Assembly: GCA_002104945.1 (NCBI GenBank)
Contig: MCFH01000023.1
Span: forward strand, 124,001-188,000
Length of the DNA stretch: 64,000 nt
From: Piromyces finnis finn
Taxonomy: Eukaryota > Fungi > Neocallimastigomycota
Direction of reading: 5' to 3'
Position 1 is the stretch's first letter. The number at the start of each line of letters is the position of its first letter. Of this stretch, positions 46,521 to 59,379 are shown piece by piece. Below the pieces are notes generated by a model. The model did not search any database. It had not been told where the DNA came from and worked only from the letters and a program-made list of their open reading frames with translations. The position numbers and the translations under genes were made by a program.

Positions 46521-49500
46521 ATGAAAGTAAATAATTTACTAAAAGTACAAAGTATTTTTTATATAAGCATACCTATAGTTTTTGCTAAAACTATAAATAA
46601 ATGTGATGAATTACTTGGAACAATAAATAGTTATACCAGTTTTTTTTCATGTAAAGTAAATGAACAAGGAGACATTAATTATTTGTAAGTTTTTTTTTTT
46701 AAAAAAAAGTATAAATAATATAAAAAGTAATTAATTTACATAAAAATAAAAAAATTAAAGAAATTTTTACAATGAAATAAGCCTTTTATATTTAAATAAA
46801 ATAGTTGAAAAAAAATTATGATAATATTAATTATTTTGTTAATAATAACAATAATAATAATAATAACAATAATAATAATAATAACAATAATAATAATAAT
46901 AATAACAATAATAATATTATTATTATTATTATTATTTTGAATAGTATATTTTAAAAAGGTAAAAGTAATAATTTATAAAAGTACATTATTTATTTATTTT
47001 TTTTTTATCGTAATATTACAGAAATGTTAATGACTATGATTTAACCGAAAATGATATTAATAAAATTCTATCTTACACCACTATCACTGAACTGTATGTA
47101 AAAATCTTTAATACATTACTTAAATATTAAAATACACTATTAATTATTATCTTTTATAATGTTATGTATGTTTCATTAGTTCATATACATTAAATAGGGA
47201 CACTAATCATCAACATAATGGATATGCCAAATTTCCTCAATTTAGCAAATTAAAAAATTTAAATACCTTGTAATACTCTATTTTTTTTTCTTTTCAATTA
47301 ATTATTAAAAAAATAACATATTTTTAAAGATACTATCTACTACCATATTTAATTGTTCATTTTCTAAAGCTAATATATTCATTTTATAAAAATTATAAGA
47401 TTAATTAAATATTCAGATATATATAATGATTGTTCTTTTGGTTTTTGTCAAAAAATTGGATTAAGTATTATTCCAGAAAACACTTTTAAAGGTTTGACAA
47501 ATTTAGAAACTTTGTAAGTAAAAAAAAAAAAAGTTTATAATATGACTAAAATTTAAAATATAATTATACTAATATAAAATAAACCTTTTTTTTTTTTAAT
47601 AATTTAAAAATGAAGAACTTTTGATGGTATAAAAATAAATCAAAATTGTATTGATGACATTTCATCTTTGGGCAATTTAAAAAATTTGTAAGATTTTAAT
47701 TATATATACATATTTTTAATTCCTATTTGATATATAAAAATAAGTTGTAAACATAATAATAATTAAAAATTATATATATTTAATTATAATATTTTAGATC
47801 CTTTTACAAATCTGATTTTAGTGAAAATATAGATTATACACCAATTAGTTCTTTAGAAAAAATAACAAAATTGTAATTCTATTATTAAAATTATATATAA
47901 TAATAAACTTTTTATTTATATAATAATAATAATAAATTAGGATTTATATTTAAACCTTTTTTTTTTTTTAAAAATTTTTTAAAATAATAATTAGAACAAT
48001 TTCAAAAAGTATTAAAGAATACCATGATTCGGATGGCATATTTCCAATAAATTTAGTCAAAAATCTTGATGGTCAATTAAAAGATTTGTAATTATTATAA
48101 CTTATATATATTTATATCATATTTAAATTTATTATTTATACTAAAATTATTCAAATGATTTCTTTTTAGAACTATTAATCATTACCCAGAAAGTGATTAT
48201 GAAGATGTAGAAGAAATGACTACTATTGAAAAATTGTAATTTTTTTTTATTTATTTTAATAAATTACAACTGATAATTATAATTATTTAAAGAAATATCA
48301 ATAATTTAATAATATAAAAAACATGAACCATCAAAAAAAAAAAATTATTAATACTAAATTTATTTTATTGAATATTATTTTTAAAATATAAAATAGAAAT
48401 CTAGGATTAGATACTGATACTGTTAATTTGAAAAAGATGAGTGGTCTTAAAGAATGGTTAGTTTTATATTTATTCTAAAAAGAAAATTTTATTCAATTCT
48501 TTTTATTATTTATTTATTTAATTATTTATATATATATTTATTTATTTTTTAAAAAAAAAAAAAAAAGTTATATTCATTTTGAACGAATGATGGCTACAGA
48601 TTTAATTAATATTGATTTAACATTACCTGAATCAGAAAACCTTAATTCATTGTTAGTAATTTATGATTATATAATTTATATTTATTTATATTTATATATT
48701 ATTTATAAAATAATAATTTTTCTTTTTTTTATAAAGAATGATTAAAGGTATTCAATTTACAAATGGAATTATTGATGAAATTACTGAAAAAACTAGTATT
48801 AAAAGTTTGTAAGTAGATGTGAAATGTGAATTACAAATATTATTTATAATAAAGGTTTTATTCAAAATATTTTTTAAATTAATTTATTTTAAATAAAATA
48901 AATATATAGGAGTTTATCTGGTGGATATAAAAAACTTTCTTATGATAAGTTGAATGATTTAATAAATTTGAATAATCTTGAAACATTGTAAATAAATATG
49001 TTGCTCTATATTTTAGTTTTTTATATTTTAAGAATATGACTTTATAAAATACTAATTTTTTTTTCTCATTTATTTTTTCCACTTAAATAAAAATATAGAA
49101 AATTAGCTGTTAATGACTCTGACGATGAATCAATCGATTTAAATATTGATTTTACTAAATTTCCTAATTTAAAATCATTGTAATATTAATATATTTAAAT
49201 ATTAAATATTTCTATATTTAACGCTGTTTCCATTCTAAAATATTTTTAAAAATAATAAACTAAATCGTATAATTTTTTTTATTTATTTAATTTTTTTTAT
49301 GAATAAAATTAGAGGATTGGAAGAAGTTAAGTTTACAAATGATACTATTAGCAATATTTCAAAATTGGTAAACCTTTGTGAATTGTAAGTTATTATGTAT
49401 TAATATAAATAAAAACATTAAAAATGATTTTAACTGTTGTTTATTTAAATTATATAGAGAATTGGGATACTCTGAAATTGATGCTGGTTTATTAAATCAA

Positions 49501-50096
49501 TTAAAATCTTTAAAGGATAATCTTTCATCATTGTAATATTCAATATAAAAAAAAATTCTATAGATAGAATAATAGTTTACTTTTTTTTTTTTATATATAT
49601 AAACTAATAACCCCTATTTCTTTTTTTATATATAGATCTCTTATTCATTGTGATTTGGATAGCATCCCTAACTTTATATTTTCATTATCAAACTTGAAAT
49701 ATCTGTAATTATTTATAAAATTATATATACATATATATTATTTTTTATTTTTTTAAAAAAAAAAAATACTAAAACAATTTAAATAAATGATACTATTAGT
49801 AATTTAGGATATAATTCTATTTTAGATTTTAATGAAAATTTAAGCAATCTTAAAAATTTAGAATCTTTGTAAGTAATCATATACAATTTAAAAAAAAAAA
49901 AAAAATACTTTGTAATTAATAATATATTATATAAAAATATAATATTTAATATTATAGAATTTTAAAATCCAATAATATTAAAACTGAAATTCCAGAATCT
50001 CTTAATAGTTTAACAAAACTTAAAGAAATGTAATAAGACATCAATAATATAAAAATAATAATGATCTTTAAAAGTATTCAATTTCAATATTTATAT

Positions 50097-50134
<38 letters not shown>

Positions 50135-50635
50135 CATGTATATTATATATATATATATATTATTATTAGTAATTTAGAGTTTAACAATGTAAAAGGAAAA
50201 ACTTTAACTAATCCAAGTCTTGAAACTTGTATCTATGGTCAATTAAATTCCCTTTGTTTAGCCAAAAAAAATAAATGTATTAAAGAAGTTATTCGACCAT
50301 GTGAAAAAAAAGAAAATGAAAAATGTGGTAAAGGTATCGGTAAATGTTCTTCAGGTCAATGTTGTAGTAGAAAAGGTTATTGTGGAACTACTAAAGACTA
50401 TTGTGGTAAAGGTTGTCAAAGTGAATTTGGAAATTGTTATCCTTCCTCTTCATCTACCATCACTAAAACTGTAACCATGATTAGAAATTCAAAGCCAACA
50501 AATAAAGCAATAAGATGTGGTAAAGGTATAGGACACTGTCCATCCGATAATTGTTGTAGTAGAAAAGGTTATTGTGGAACAACAAACGCGTATTGTGGAA
50601 CAGGATGTCAAAGTGAATTTGGAAAATGTAATTGA
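46521..50635 (+). CDS. Secreted leucine-rich-repeat protein with two C-terminal CBM18 (hevein-type chitin-binding) domains; 19 exons
   Basis: ATG 46521 with signal peptide; 17 short internal exons each encoding about one LRR (e.g. NLGYNSILDFNENLSNLKNLESL, ILKSNNIKTEIPESLNSLTKLKEI). The last exon encodes CGKGIGKCSSGQCCSRKGYCG..DYCGKGCQSEFGNC and a second copy. All exons translate in frame. Confidence 0.85.
46841..46915. repeat. Compound (AAT)4AAC-type repeat in the first intron of the LRR gene
   Basis: Read directly. Confidence 0.85.
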
Positions 50636-50680
50636 AAAAAAAAAAAAAAATAAAAGGACCAAACTAACATTATAATACTA

Positions 50681-50718
<38 letters not shown>

Positions 50719-51599
50719 TTTGAGTTGAAAATAGAAATAGTTTTAACTATTTATAACTATTTCTATTTACAACTATTATCATTATTATCAATATAATTAT
50801 ACAATTATTTACTTTTATTCATAAAATAACCACCCTATTTACACAAAATAGAATTTTAAAAAGGTTCTATTTATAATGATTTTATAATATATAATTTATT
50901 TTTATGATTATCTTTTTCATTAAATATATCTATATAAATAAATTTACATTTAATATTATTATTATTTTTTTTTTTAATTATAACTAATAATTATAATTAT
51001 AATTATAATTAAGTATTTATTCCACTAACAATACGATATTACAATATTACTATTGATTATATAATAAATAATAATAAATACTATTTAAAATATTTCACAC
51101 TAAATCCTATTCACTTTTAAAGTAATCCTTTTTAGTTCAAAATATATATAAATATTTTCTGTATTAAAAGATAGATAAAAATAGCATTTGATAATGATAG
51201 TAATTTGTTGTGTGTGTGGGTATGTGTATTTATAAAAAAAAAAAAAAAAAACTGTAATTTCATTCTTCTAATATATTTATTGTTTGACTTGTAGTAATTA
51301 AATAATGATATAAAAAAAAAAGAATTTTTTTTTTTTTTTTTTCATAAATTATCGGAAACAAGAACTACTATCATAAACCTTTTTTTTTTTTTTAATAAAT
51401 TCCTTCCTTTCTTTCTTTTTATAATTTGTTTTTAATTTATATCTTTTATTCTTTTTTTTTATTATTATTATTATCAGAAATTAAGAATGATAATTTTTCA
51501 TTTTATTATTTGATTATAAATAAAATAAAATAAAATAAAATAAAAATTAATTTGTATTGTTATTATTATCATTTACGATTTACATTTGTCATTGCTTCT

Positions 51600-52003
51600 T
51601 CATACGTTGGTAAATAAATATTTTCTTGTGATGAAACAATAGTCAGTAAAAGTTTCATTTTCATTGTATTCAGGCAATATGTTATCTTCATTATCATTAT
51701 TATTGTTGTTGTTAATATTATTGTTATTATTGTTATCGTTATCGTTGTTGTTGTAGTTGTTGTTGATCTTTTTCTTATTAATTATTGAATAGATTATAAA
51801 TACAAAAATGGAAATCAATAATACTATAATCACAGAAATTGTAATTCTTCTAATTGTTCTTTCTTCTTTTTTTCTTTTTCCTATTCTTCTTGAGCGCATT
51901 TAATTATATCAATTGCATCTTTACAATTTTTTAAATTATTACTATTAATAACTCCAGCAACAACAATACTTAATAAATTTGACAATAAAAAAAGGTATTT
52001 CAT
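51600..52003 (-). pseudogene. Small single-pass membrane protein with LPEY motif (disrupted; paralog A)
   Basis: MKYLFLLSNLLSIVVAGVINSNN start at 52003, TAG plus frameshift near 51880, then TM helix, Asn-rich tail and NILPEY in ORF 51600..51899. Confidence 0.5.
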
Positions 52004-52682
52004 TTTTTTTTTTTCTATCTTTTATTTATTCTTTATTTTTCCTTTATACTACTAATAATCAAGCTTTGTTTTATTTCCGAACAATTTTTAAAATTTTAAA
52101 ATTTATATAAATAATAATATTATATACATGAAAAATAAGATCTTAAAAGAAATATAAATCCAAAGCCAGTTATTACCAGAAATACAAAACAAAGAATAAA
52201 AAAATTAATGAAACATTAAGAAAAATAAAAAAAATTTTATTTTTTTATTATTATCAAATTTATATAATCCTTATCCCTTGCAAATCTCACGATAGAAAAA
52301 TCTAAATAAATAAAATTAAATAGGATCTAGAAAAAATATTTTCATTTTTCAAAACTCGGGGATATGAAGCCAAATCCCGACCCTAGAAAAATGCTACGAG
52401 AGTTTTCTAGATCATCTACTGAAGGGATTATCAAATAACGTTGATTAAAAGGTATGTGAAGATGAATTTGGTGTAATTAATTGGTTTAAAAAAAAAAAAA
52501 ATTAAGGTATAAGAAAAACAAGTTCGTGGGATTTAAAATTAAATATTTTAATAGTTTTTATTAATATCTATCAATTCTAATGAGAGAATTAACTTTAAAT
52601 AAAAAATAATTTTTTATTAATAAAAAACGAACTAACGATAATAATTTAAAAAAGGTATCTATATTTATATATAAAAGGAATA

Positions 52683-52732
<50 letters not shown>

Positions 52733-52965
52733 TTGATATAAAATTCCAAAATTAGGAATTTATTTAAAAATAGCTTTATTATTAAACTATTTTCGTTGTA
52801 TTATTAATCTTATATAGATATATTAAACAACATTAAATATAATAATTGAATATATTTTTAATTGATTATTATATATTCAAAATATATAATAATTGAATAT
52901 ATTTTGAAACTATAGTATTTTTTTTTTCTTTTCTTTTCTTCATAATTTAAATAATATTATTTTTA

Positions 52966-53253
52966 TTATTCAAATATATCAAAAATAAAATCAATTATAT
53001 TTTCAATCCTACTAATCTTTCCATGATTATTGTTTTTTTTGTTTTTTCTTTTTTTTCCAATAATTATTAATGTGATTAAAAGTACAAAAACTAGAACTAA
53101 TATACATATAACAATTATAATGAGGTTAATGTTTTCTTTTTTCTTTTCTTCTTCTTCACAATTATATTCTGTGGTATTGATACATAGAGAATTATCTTTT
53201 CCTAATGTTCCAGTAATAACATATAATAAATTCAATAACATCAAGTATTTCAT
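52966..53253 (-). CDS. Small secreted/single-pass membrane protein (paralog B), 95 aa
   Basis: MKYLMLLNLL signal, two-Cys ectodomain, EEEEKKKE, TM helix and basic stop-transfer segment; intact ORF. Confidence 0.55.
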   Translation of the reverse strand: MKYLMLLNLLYVITGTLGKDNSLCINTTEYNCEEEEKKKENINLIIIVICILVLVFVLLITLIIIGKKRKNKKNNNHGKISRIENIIDFIFDIFE

Positions 53254-54009
53254 TTTATACTATAATTATTTAATTTTGGAATTTTCTTTTTAATAATTTA
53301 TATTTTGAGTTAATTTTTTGTAAAAGGAATTAAATTTTAAAAATAATATAAATTTTTATTATAATTTTTAGAGTTTCATTAGTTCCTTCTTTCCTAAATA
53401 TTGAGATGTCCTTGGTTTTAATTGTTCGTGTGACAAAAAATTAATAAAAAAAAATTTGATATAAAAATAATATTTTACTATTAAATATAGAAATTTCAAA
53501 AAAAAAAAAAACTCTGTTTAAAATAAAATTTTAAAATTTATATTAAAAAAAAAACAAAAAACAAAAAAAGGAATGCTTTGTTTTAAACGTGTATTTTATT
53601 ACTTTTATTAAACACAATTATATTTCTTTTTGACGATATAACTATCTTTAAATATAATATATTTGAGTATTATTATTATAATAATAAATTATAATATTTT
53701 ATTCATTAAAAACACAAAAATATTCACCCAAAGTACATATTTGAATTATTTTGATTATATATACATATAGGAATAATATATTTTATAAATTTTTTGTATC
53801 TTCAACAGGAAACTCACAATTAACTTTTAATTATAAAATTACTTGTTATTTATATAAATTTTGTTTTAATACAATATTTATTTAGCTTTAAAATTTGTAA
53901 TTTATTCTTATGAAATTAATAATTTATATACATTTGTTTCATTAGCTTGTTAAATATTTTTAATTTTATTTCTTTTAGGTTTTTTTTTTTTTTTTAACTC
54001 GGCTAATGA

Positions 54010-54639
54010 TTAATTTTTGTTTGTTGTAACTGTTTCAGCAATCATTGCTTCTTCATATGTTGGTAAATGATAATTATCATTTTCATGTGAAGAAGATGTA
54101 TTGTGGATATCGATAGTAGAGGAAATTTCATTTTCATGATTATTAGGAAATGTATTATCCATTGGCATACATGTAGGATCGTTATTACTATTATTATTAA
54201 TAATATTGTTGTTGTTTTTGTTTCTGTTTTTATTATAACTGTTCATTGAATTTACGTATAAATAGATATCATTTTTTGATTCCCTCAATATATTTATTAT
54301 AGGTAAAGTCATTAATAAAAAAGCTAATATTGATAGTGTATATAACATTTTTATCCTCTTTAATTTCTTCTTCATTACATAAAATTGAAAATGAAGGGTA
54401 ATTAACACCTTCTGATTGACCACTATTATAACAAGTAGTTTTATGATTATTGTATATTTCCTGACATATTATATCACCAGGTTTAGTATTACTAATTTCT
54501 GAATAAGCTACTTCCATTTCAAGAAAGCATTATTATTATCGTTATTATTATTATTATTATTATTATTATTGGCAGTATTGTTAATAACTCCATTAGCGAC
54601 AATGCTTAAAAGACTTAATAATAAAATTAACCATTTCAT
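54010..54639 (-). CDS. Single-pass membrane protein with LPTYEE motif (paralog C); two compensating frameshifts
   Basis: MKWLILLLSLLSIVANGVINN at 54639; shift near 54523 into ORF 54269..54517 (three-Cys ectodomain); shift near 54350 into ORF 54010..54423 (TM, Asn-rich tail, LPTYEEA). Total span of 630 nt is divisible by 3. Confidence 0.55.
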
Positions 54640-54846
54640 TTTCGTTATGTAAGACCTTTTATTTATTCTTTTTTTTTTATTTATATTTTGAAATAATATA
54701 AATATGAATTAAGCTAAAGATTTTTTAATATTGAAAACTTCAAAAAAAAAATAAAAATTAATAAAATAATATATTTAAAAAAAAAAAGTTAAAATTCATA
54801 ATTAGTGTAAAAAAAATAAATAAATAATAGGTCTTATATAGCGAAA

Positions 54847-55549
54847 ATGAAATAGTTAATTTTATTATTAAGCCTTTTAAGTATTGTTGCTGCTGATGGA
54901 GTCATTAGCAATAATGATGAAAGGGAATGACATGTCATAATATGGAAATAATTGATTATTCCGATAAAAATACAAAGCCTGGTGATGTGGTGATATAATA
55001 TGTAAGAAAATATACGATAATCATAAAATTACTTGTTATAATGATAGTAAATCAGAAGGCGTCAACAATTCTTCATTTTCTTTTCATGTAAGGAGGAAGA
55101 AATTAAAGAAAGTAATATTGATGGTATAATTTTCATTATAAAATAATGATTTATTACTTATCCTAGATTTTGTAAGGATTTAGCCAAAAATTCTGGCCAG
55201 AAGAAAATTGACCTCTGGTAAAGTTTTAACCAGGCAAAAATCAAAAAAGCCAGGATTTCTAGGCAAAAAAACTAGGATAATTAAAAAATCTAAATTTTTA
55301 AATAATTATGAGTTACTAAGTCTTTTACCCATTTACGCAATGCTTATTTTTTATTATTTTAAAAAGTCGGTTTTTATAAGGAACGCGATAATGATAATAA
55401 TTTACCTGAATATACAACTTCTTCATAAGCAAATGATTATTTATCATCTCGAAAATGGTAATTGTCAATTACCTACATATGAAGAAGTAATAAATGTTAC
55501 TATTACAACCTGTTCCTATTACAACCTATCCAAAATTAATCATTTATAA
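54847..55549 (+). pseudogene. Inverted, head-to-head pseudogene copy of paralog C (paralog D)
   Basis: ATG AAA TAG (TGG>TAG), then LILLLSLLSIVAADGVIS, NTKPGD, IYDNHKITCYN..SEGVN, EEEIKE, and later NNLPEY and CQLPTYEEV. Contains stops, frameshifts and an insertion. Confidence 0.65.
55161..55277. mobile_element. Candidate TA-flanked MITE inside paralog D
   Basis: TCCTAG...CTAGGA termini (imperfect ~13-bp TIR) flanked by TA on both sides, at the point where similarity to paralog C breaks. Confidence 0.35.
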
Positions 55550-56017
55550 AATTAAAATTTAAAGATAACCAAAGAAAAAAAAATATAATATTCATTAAAG
55601 AATAAAATAATAACGTACATACTTAATTACCACTTTCATAATTAAAATATAAAAATGAAAATAAAAAAATAAAATATTATAATTCATATAAATATATAAT
55701 AAATAATTAATGATAAAAAAAAACATTAACAATATTTATAATAATTCAAATATAATATTAATAATAATAAAAATAAACATATATAAAATATAATAAATAT
55801 TATTATTTGTTTTACTAATATTATAAATCTTTATATAATATGAATACGTAATGAAAATGATTAAAAAAAAAAATTAGGATTTTTTTTTTATATTTATAAA
55901 AGATATTTTAGATATTTATTAAAAAAAAAAAAAAACCTATAATTTTAATAAAATTATATTATTGTCCTTATAAATAATATATTTCAAAGATGATAAAAAA
56001 AAAATAATAATTTTTTT

Positions 56018-57757
56018 TTACCAACCATTATTAGTAAACATGTTTTGACCGTTAGGTGAAAATGAATTTCCAAAATTGTTTGTATTATTATTATTGTTAT
56101 TATAATTTAAAATATTACCATTCAAATCTACGGTTAAATCTTCAGATGAATCAACTTCTTCAATCTTTACAGCCTCAGGCTTATTAAACATGGATACAAA
56201 AGAATTTGGTTGATTCTGGTTATTGGATGGAAAAGCTTTATCAAAATTGGCATTAAAATTTCCAGAGGAGCACATTGTATTATTATTAGATCCTTGAACT
56301 ACAGCAGAAAATGGATTAGGTATGGTGTTGGTAGGGGTCATTAAGTTATTGTTGTTGTAGCTACCGCTACCATTACAGTTATTATTACCATTATAATTAT
56401 AATTGTTATTATTATTAAAATTATTATTATTAAAATTATTATTGTTAAAATTATTATTATTAAAATTATTATTGTTAAAATTATTATTGGTATAATTATT
56501 ATTGTTAAAATTATTATTATTATAATTGTTGTTATTATTATAATTGTTGTTATTATAATTATTATTAGCATAATTATTATTCATATTATTATTATATGAG
56601 AAATTAGTATTAAAGTTTGTTGGTGTATTATTTGTTGTGCTGATATTTTTAGTAAATATAGAGGTAAATTCGTCTAATGTTATATTATTATTGTTATTGT
56701 TATTGTTGTTGTTGTTGTTGTTGTTGCCATTACTATTATTATTATTGTTGACATTTAATAAGCAAGTGTTATTATTTAAATTAGTTTGGAATTCATCTGA
56801 TGGAATATTATCATAGCCAAAATTATCGTTTGGGAAAGCATCACTAAAATCATTTTTATCATTATTACCAAAATTATCATTTAGGAAAATACTATTGAAA
56901 TTATTGTTGTTATTGTAGTTGTTGTTATTATTATTATTTGTAGTAGTTGTAGTATTGGTAGTATTAGTAATAATATTTGAGGTAATATTATAACCAGTAT
57001 TTGATTTATAATTATTAGACAAAAAAGAAGAAGAATCAACTTTTGTTGAAATCAACACTTCAGAAGTTGATTGATCATCAGTATTTTCTAACATAGAATA
57101 GTTGAAATCATTTTTACTTTTATTTCTGTCAGTGCAACATAATAATACATTATCATAGACATCTGAACATTTCGATTGAATCTTTTGATTATTAATAGAA
57201 AACTTATCATTAAAATGGTCATAAAGATGTTCAATCTTTGACATATTTATCTTTTTTATATTGAATTTACTATTACTATTTTCATAATATTTATTATCAT
57301 TATTAGAAGACGAGAACATATAATTGTCATAATTATTTGATGAACTTTTCTTATTACTATTTTTATTAATAGAAAATTTAGAATTGATATTTTCGTAAAA
57401 GTTTTCGATCTTTTCCATATTTATTTTTTTAATACTGAATCGATCACTTCCATCTATGTAGTTTTTGTAATCATTACATGAAGTACGTTTTCCGTTGCTG
57501 TCATATTTATCGTATTCATTACTTGATTTTTTAAAACTGCTACTTTTAAAATTTTCATAAATATTTTTAATTTTATCCATATTATTATTTTTCTTTTGAT
57601 AATAGTCATTACTATTATTATAATTATTGTAATAATAGGAGAAATCATTTCCATTTTCATACATATAAGTATTTCTTGAAGAATCTTGATAACTTTCTGG
57701 CTTTTTAATTGAAAACTTATTATTAAAGTTTTCATAAAAATTTTCAAGATTTGACAT
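56018..57757 (-). CDS. Asn-rich low-complexity protein with N-terminal repeats and NPF / F-x-x-AF motifs
   Basis: 579-aa intact ORF with four imperfect (M)xKIExFYENFNxKFSIK repeats, poly-N/NNNF tracts, and IPNPF, FSDAF and FDKAF motifs. Confidence 0.7.
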   Translation of the reverse strand: MSNLENFYENFNNKFSIKKPESYQDSSRNTYMYENGNDFSYYYNNYNNSNDYYQKKNNNMDKIKNIYENFKSSSFKKSSNEYDKYDSNGKRTSCNDYKNYIDGSDRFSIKKINMEKIENFYENINSKFSINKNSNKKSSSNNYDNYMFSSSNNDNKYYENSNSKFNIKKINMSKIEHLYDHFNDKFSINNQKIQSKCSDVYDNVLLCCTDRNKSKNDFNYSMLENTDDQSTSEVLISTKVDSSSFLSNNYKSNTGYNITSNIITNTTNTTTTTNNNNNNNYNNNNNFNSIFLNDNFGNNDKNDFSDAFPNDNFGYDNIPSDEFQTNLNNNTCLLNVNNNNNSNGNNNNNNNNNNNNNNITLDEFTSIFTKNISTTNNTPTNFNTNFSYNNNMNNNYANNNYNNNNYNNNNNYNNNNFNNNNYTNNNFNNNNFNNNNFNNNNFNNNNFNNNNNYNYNGNNNCNGSGSYNNNNLMTPTNTIPNPFSAVVQGSNNNTMCSSGNFNANFDKAFPSNNQNQPNSFVSMFNKPEAVKIEEVDSSEDLTVDLNGNILNYNNNNNNTNNFGNSFSPNGQNMFTNNGW

Positions 57758-59207
57758 TGTTATTTTTTTCTGTTAAAAAAATATGTATAGATATTAGGAT
57801 TATATTCATTATTAAAAAAAAAAAACTATTATAATAAAAAAATATATTTTCTTACAGGCATTTTGAAAAAAAAAGAAAAAAGCTCTTTTCTTTTTAAAAA
57901 TAATAATAATAATAATATTTTTTTTTGTATAAAGTTTTTAATAGTTTAAAAATTTTTTTTTGAAATATAAATGAAAAAGTGTATTAATTTTATACCTTTT
58001 TCCCGCTCAAAATAAATTTTGGATAACAAAATTTATAAAATTTATGTATTTTTAAACGTCAAATAATATTTAGTTTTGATTTTTTAATATAATATATAAA
58101 GTTTTATTTAGTTTTTTGATTTTATACATTTGTAAACTGTAATATCCATTAGTTTTTTTTTTTTTTTTTTACCTATATCAAATGTTTAAAGTAATTTTCA
58201 ATGATATGTCACAAATACAATATATAAAAAAAAAAGTTTAATTATTTTCATTTAAAAGTAAAAGTGTAATTTATAATTATCATTTAAATTCAATTAATTA
58301 AATCATTTAAATTTTATTATGAAATAAAAATAAAATTCATTAATTAATACATTTGAAAGCGTAATTTAAGACACTTTAATTTTATATAATTTATAATAAT
58401 AATTAAAAAAAAAAGCAAAAGGTTATTATTATATATTTATGATAAACTTTTGTTTAAAAAGAAAAGCTTCTTTTTATATATTCTAAAATCATTTTGACCT
58501 CTTTGATAAAACAATGGTTACCTTTTTATAATTTAAAAAAAATAGAAGAAAACATTGAGTTTTTTTTTTCTATATATATATAAAAAAAAGTCACCATTAA
58601 TCATTACAAAAGTTATTAAATAAGAAATTAAAAGTATTCTAAATATTATCATATAAATTTTATGATATGAGCTTAGAGTTAATCTAAGAATTATAAAGTT
58701 ATTTATGACTATGTAATTAAAAAAGATAAGGTTTCCATTTATATTATTTTAAATATAATATCTTTTTTTTTTTCCAAAGTATTATATGTGTATTATATTT
58801 ATGCAATTTTGCAGTAACATTATAATAGATTATTTTTACTTTTTTCCACTTTAATTTTTGATATCTTGTATGAAATTAACTTTAAAATTGAAACATTTTA
58901 ATAGAATAGTAATTCTTTTTTAAATAAATAAAAAGAGGAATACATACTATAATAAAAAAAAAAAAGTAAAATGTTTTAGTTTATCAATACGATTTAAAAA
59001 TTGTAAATATTATATATAATATTTATAATATTTACTTGTTTATTTTAGGATTAATAACAATAACATTTATATTATTTAATTATAAATATAAATGGTAAAA
59101 AGTTGCTATTATAATAATTTTTCAATACTAAATAAAAATATAATAAAAAATACAGAAAAATTCTATATTATTAACAAAAAAAATACCTTCCGTTGTTGTT
59201 GTTTCAT

Positions 59208-59379
<172 letters not shown>

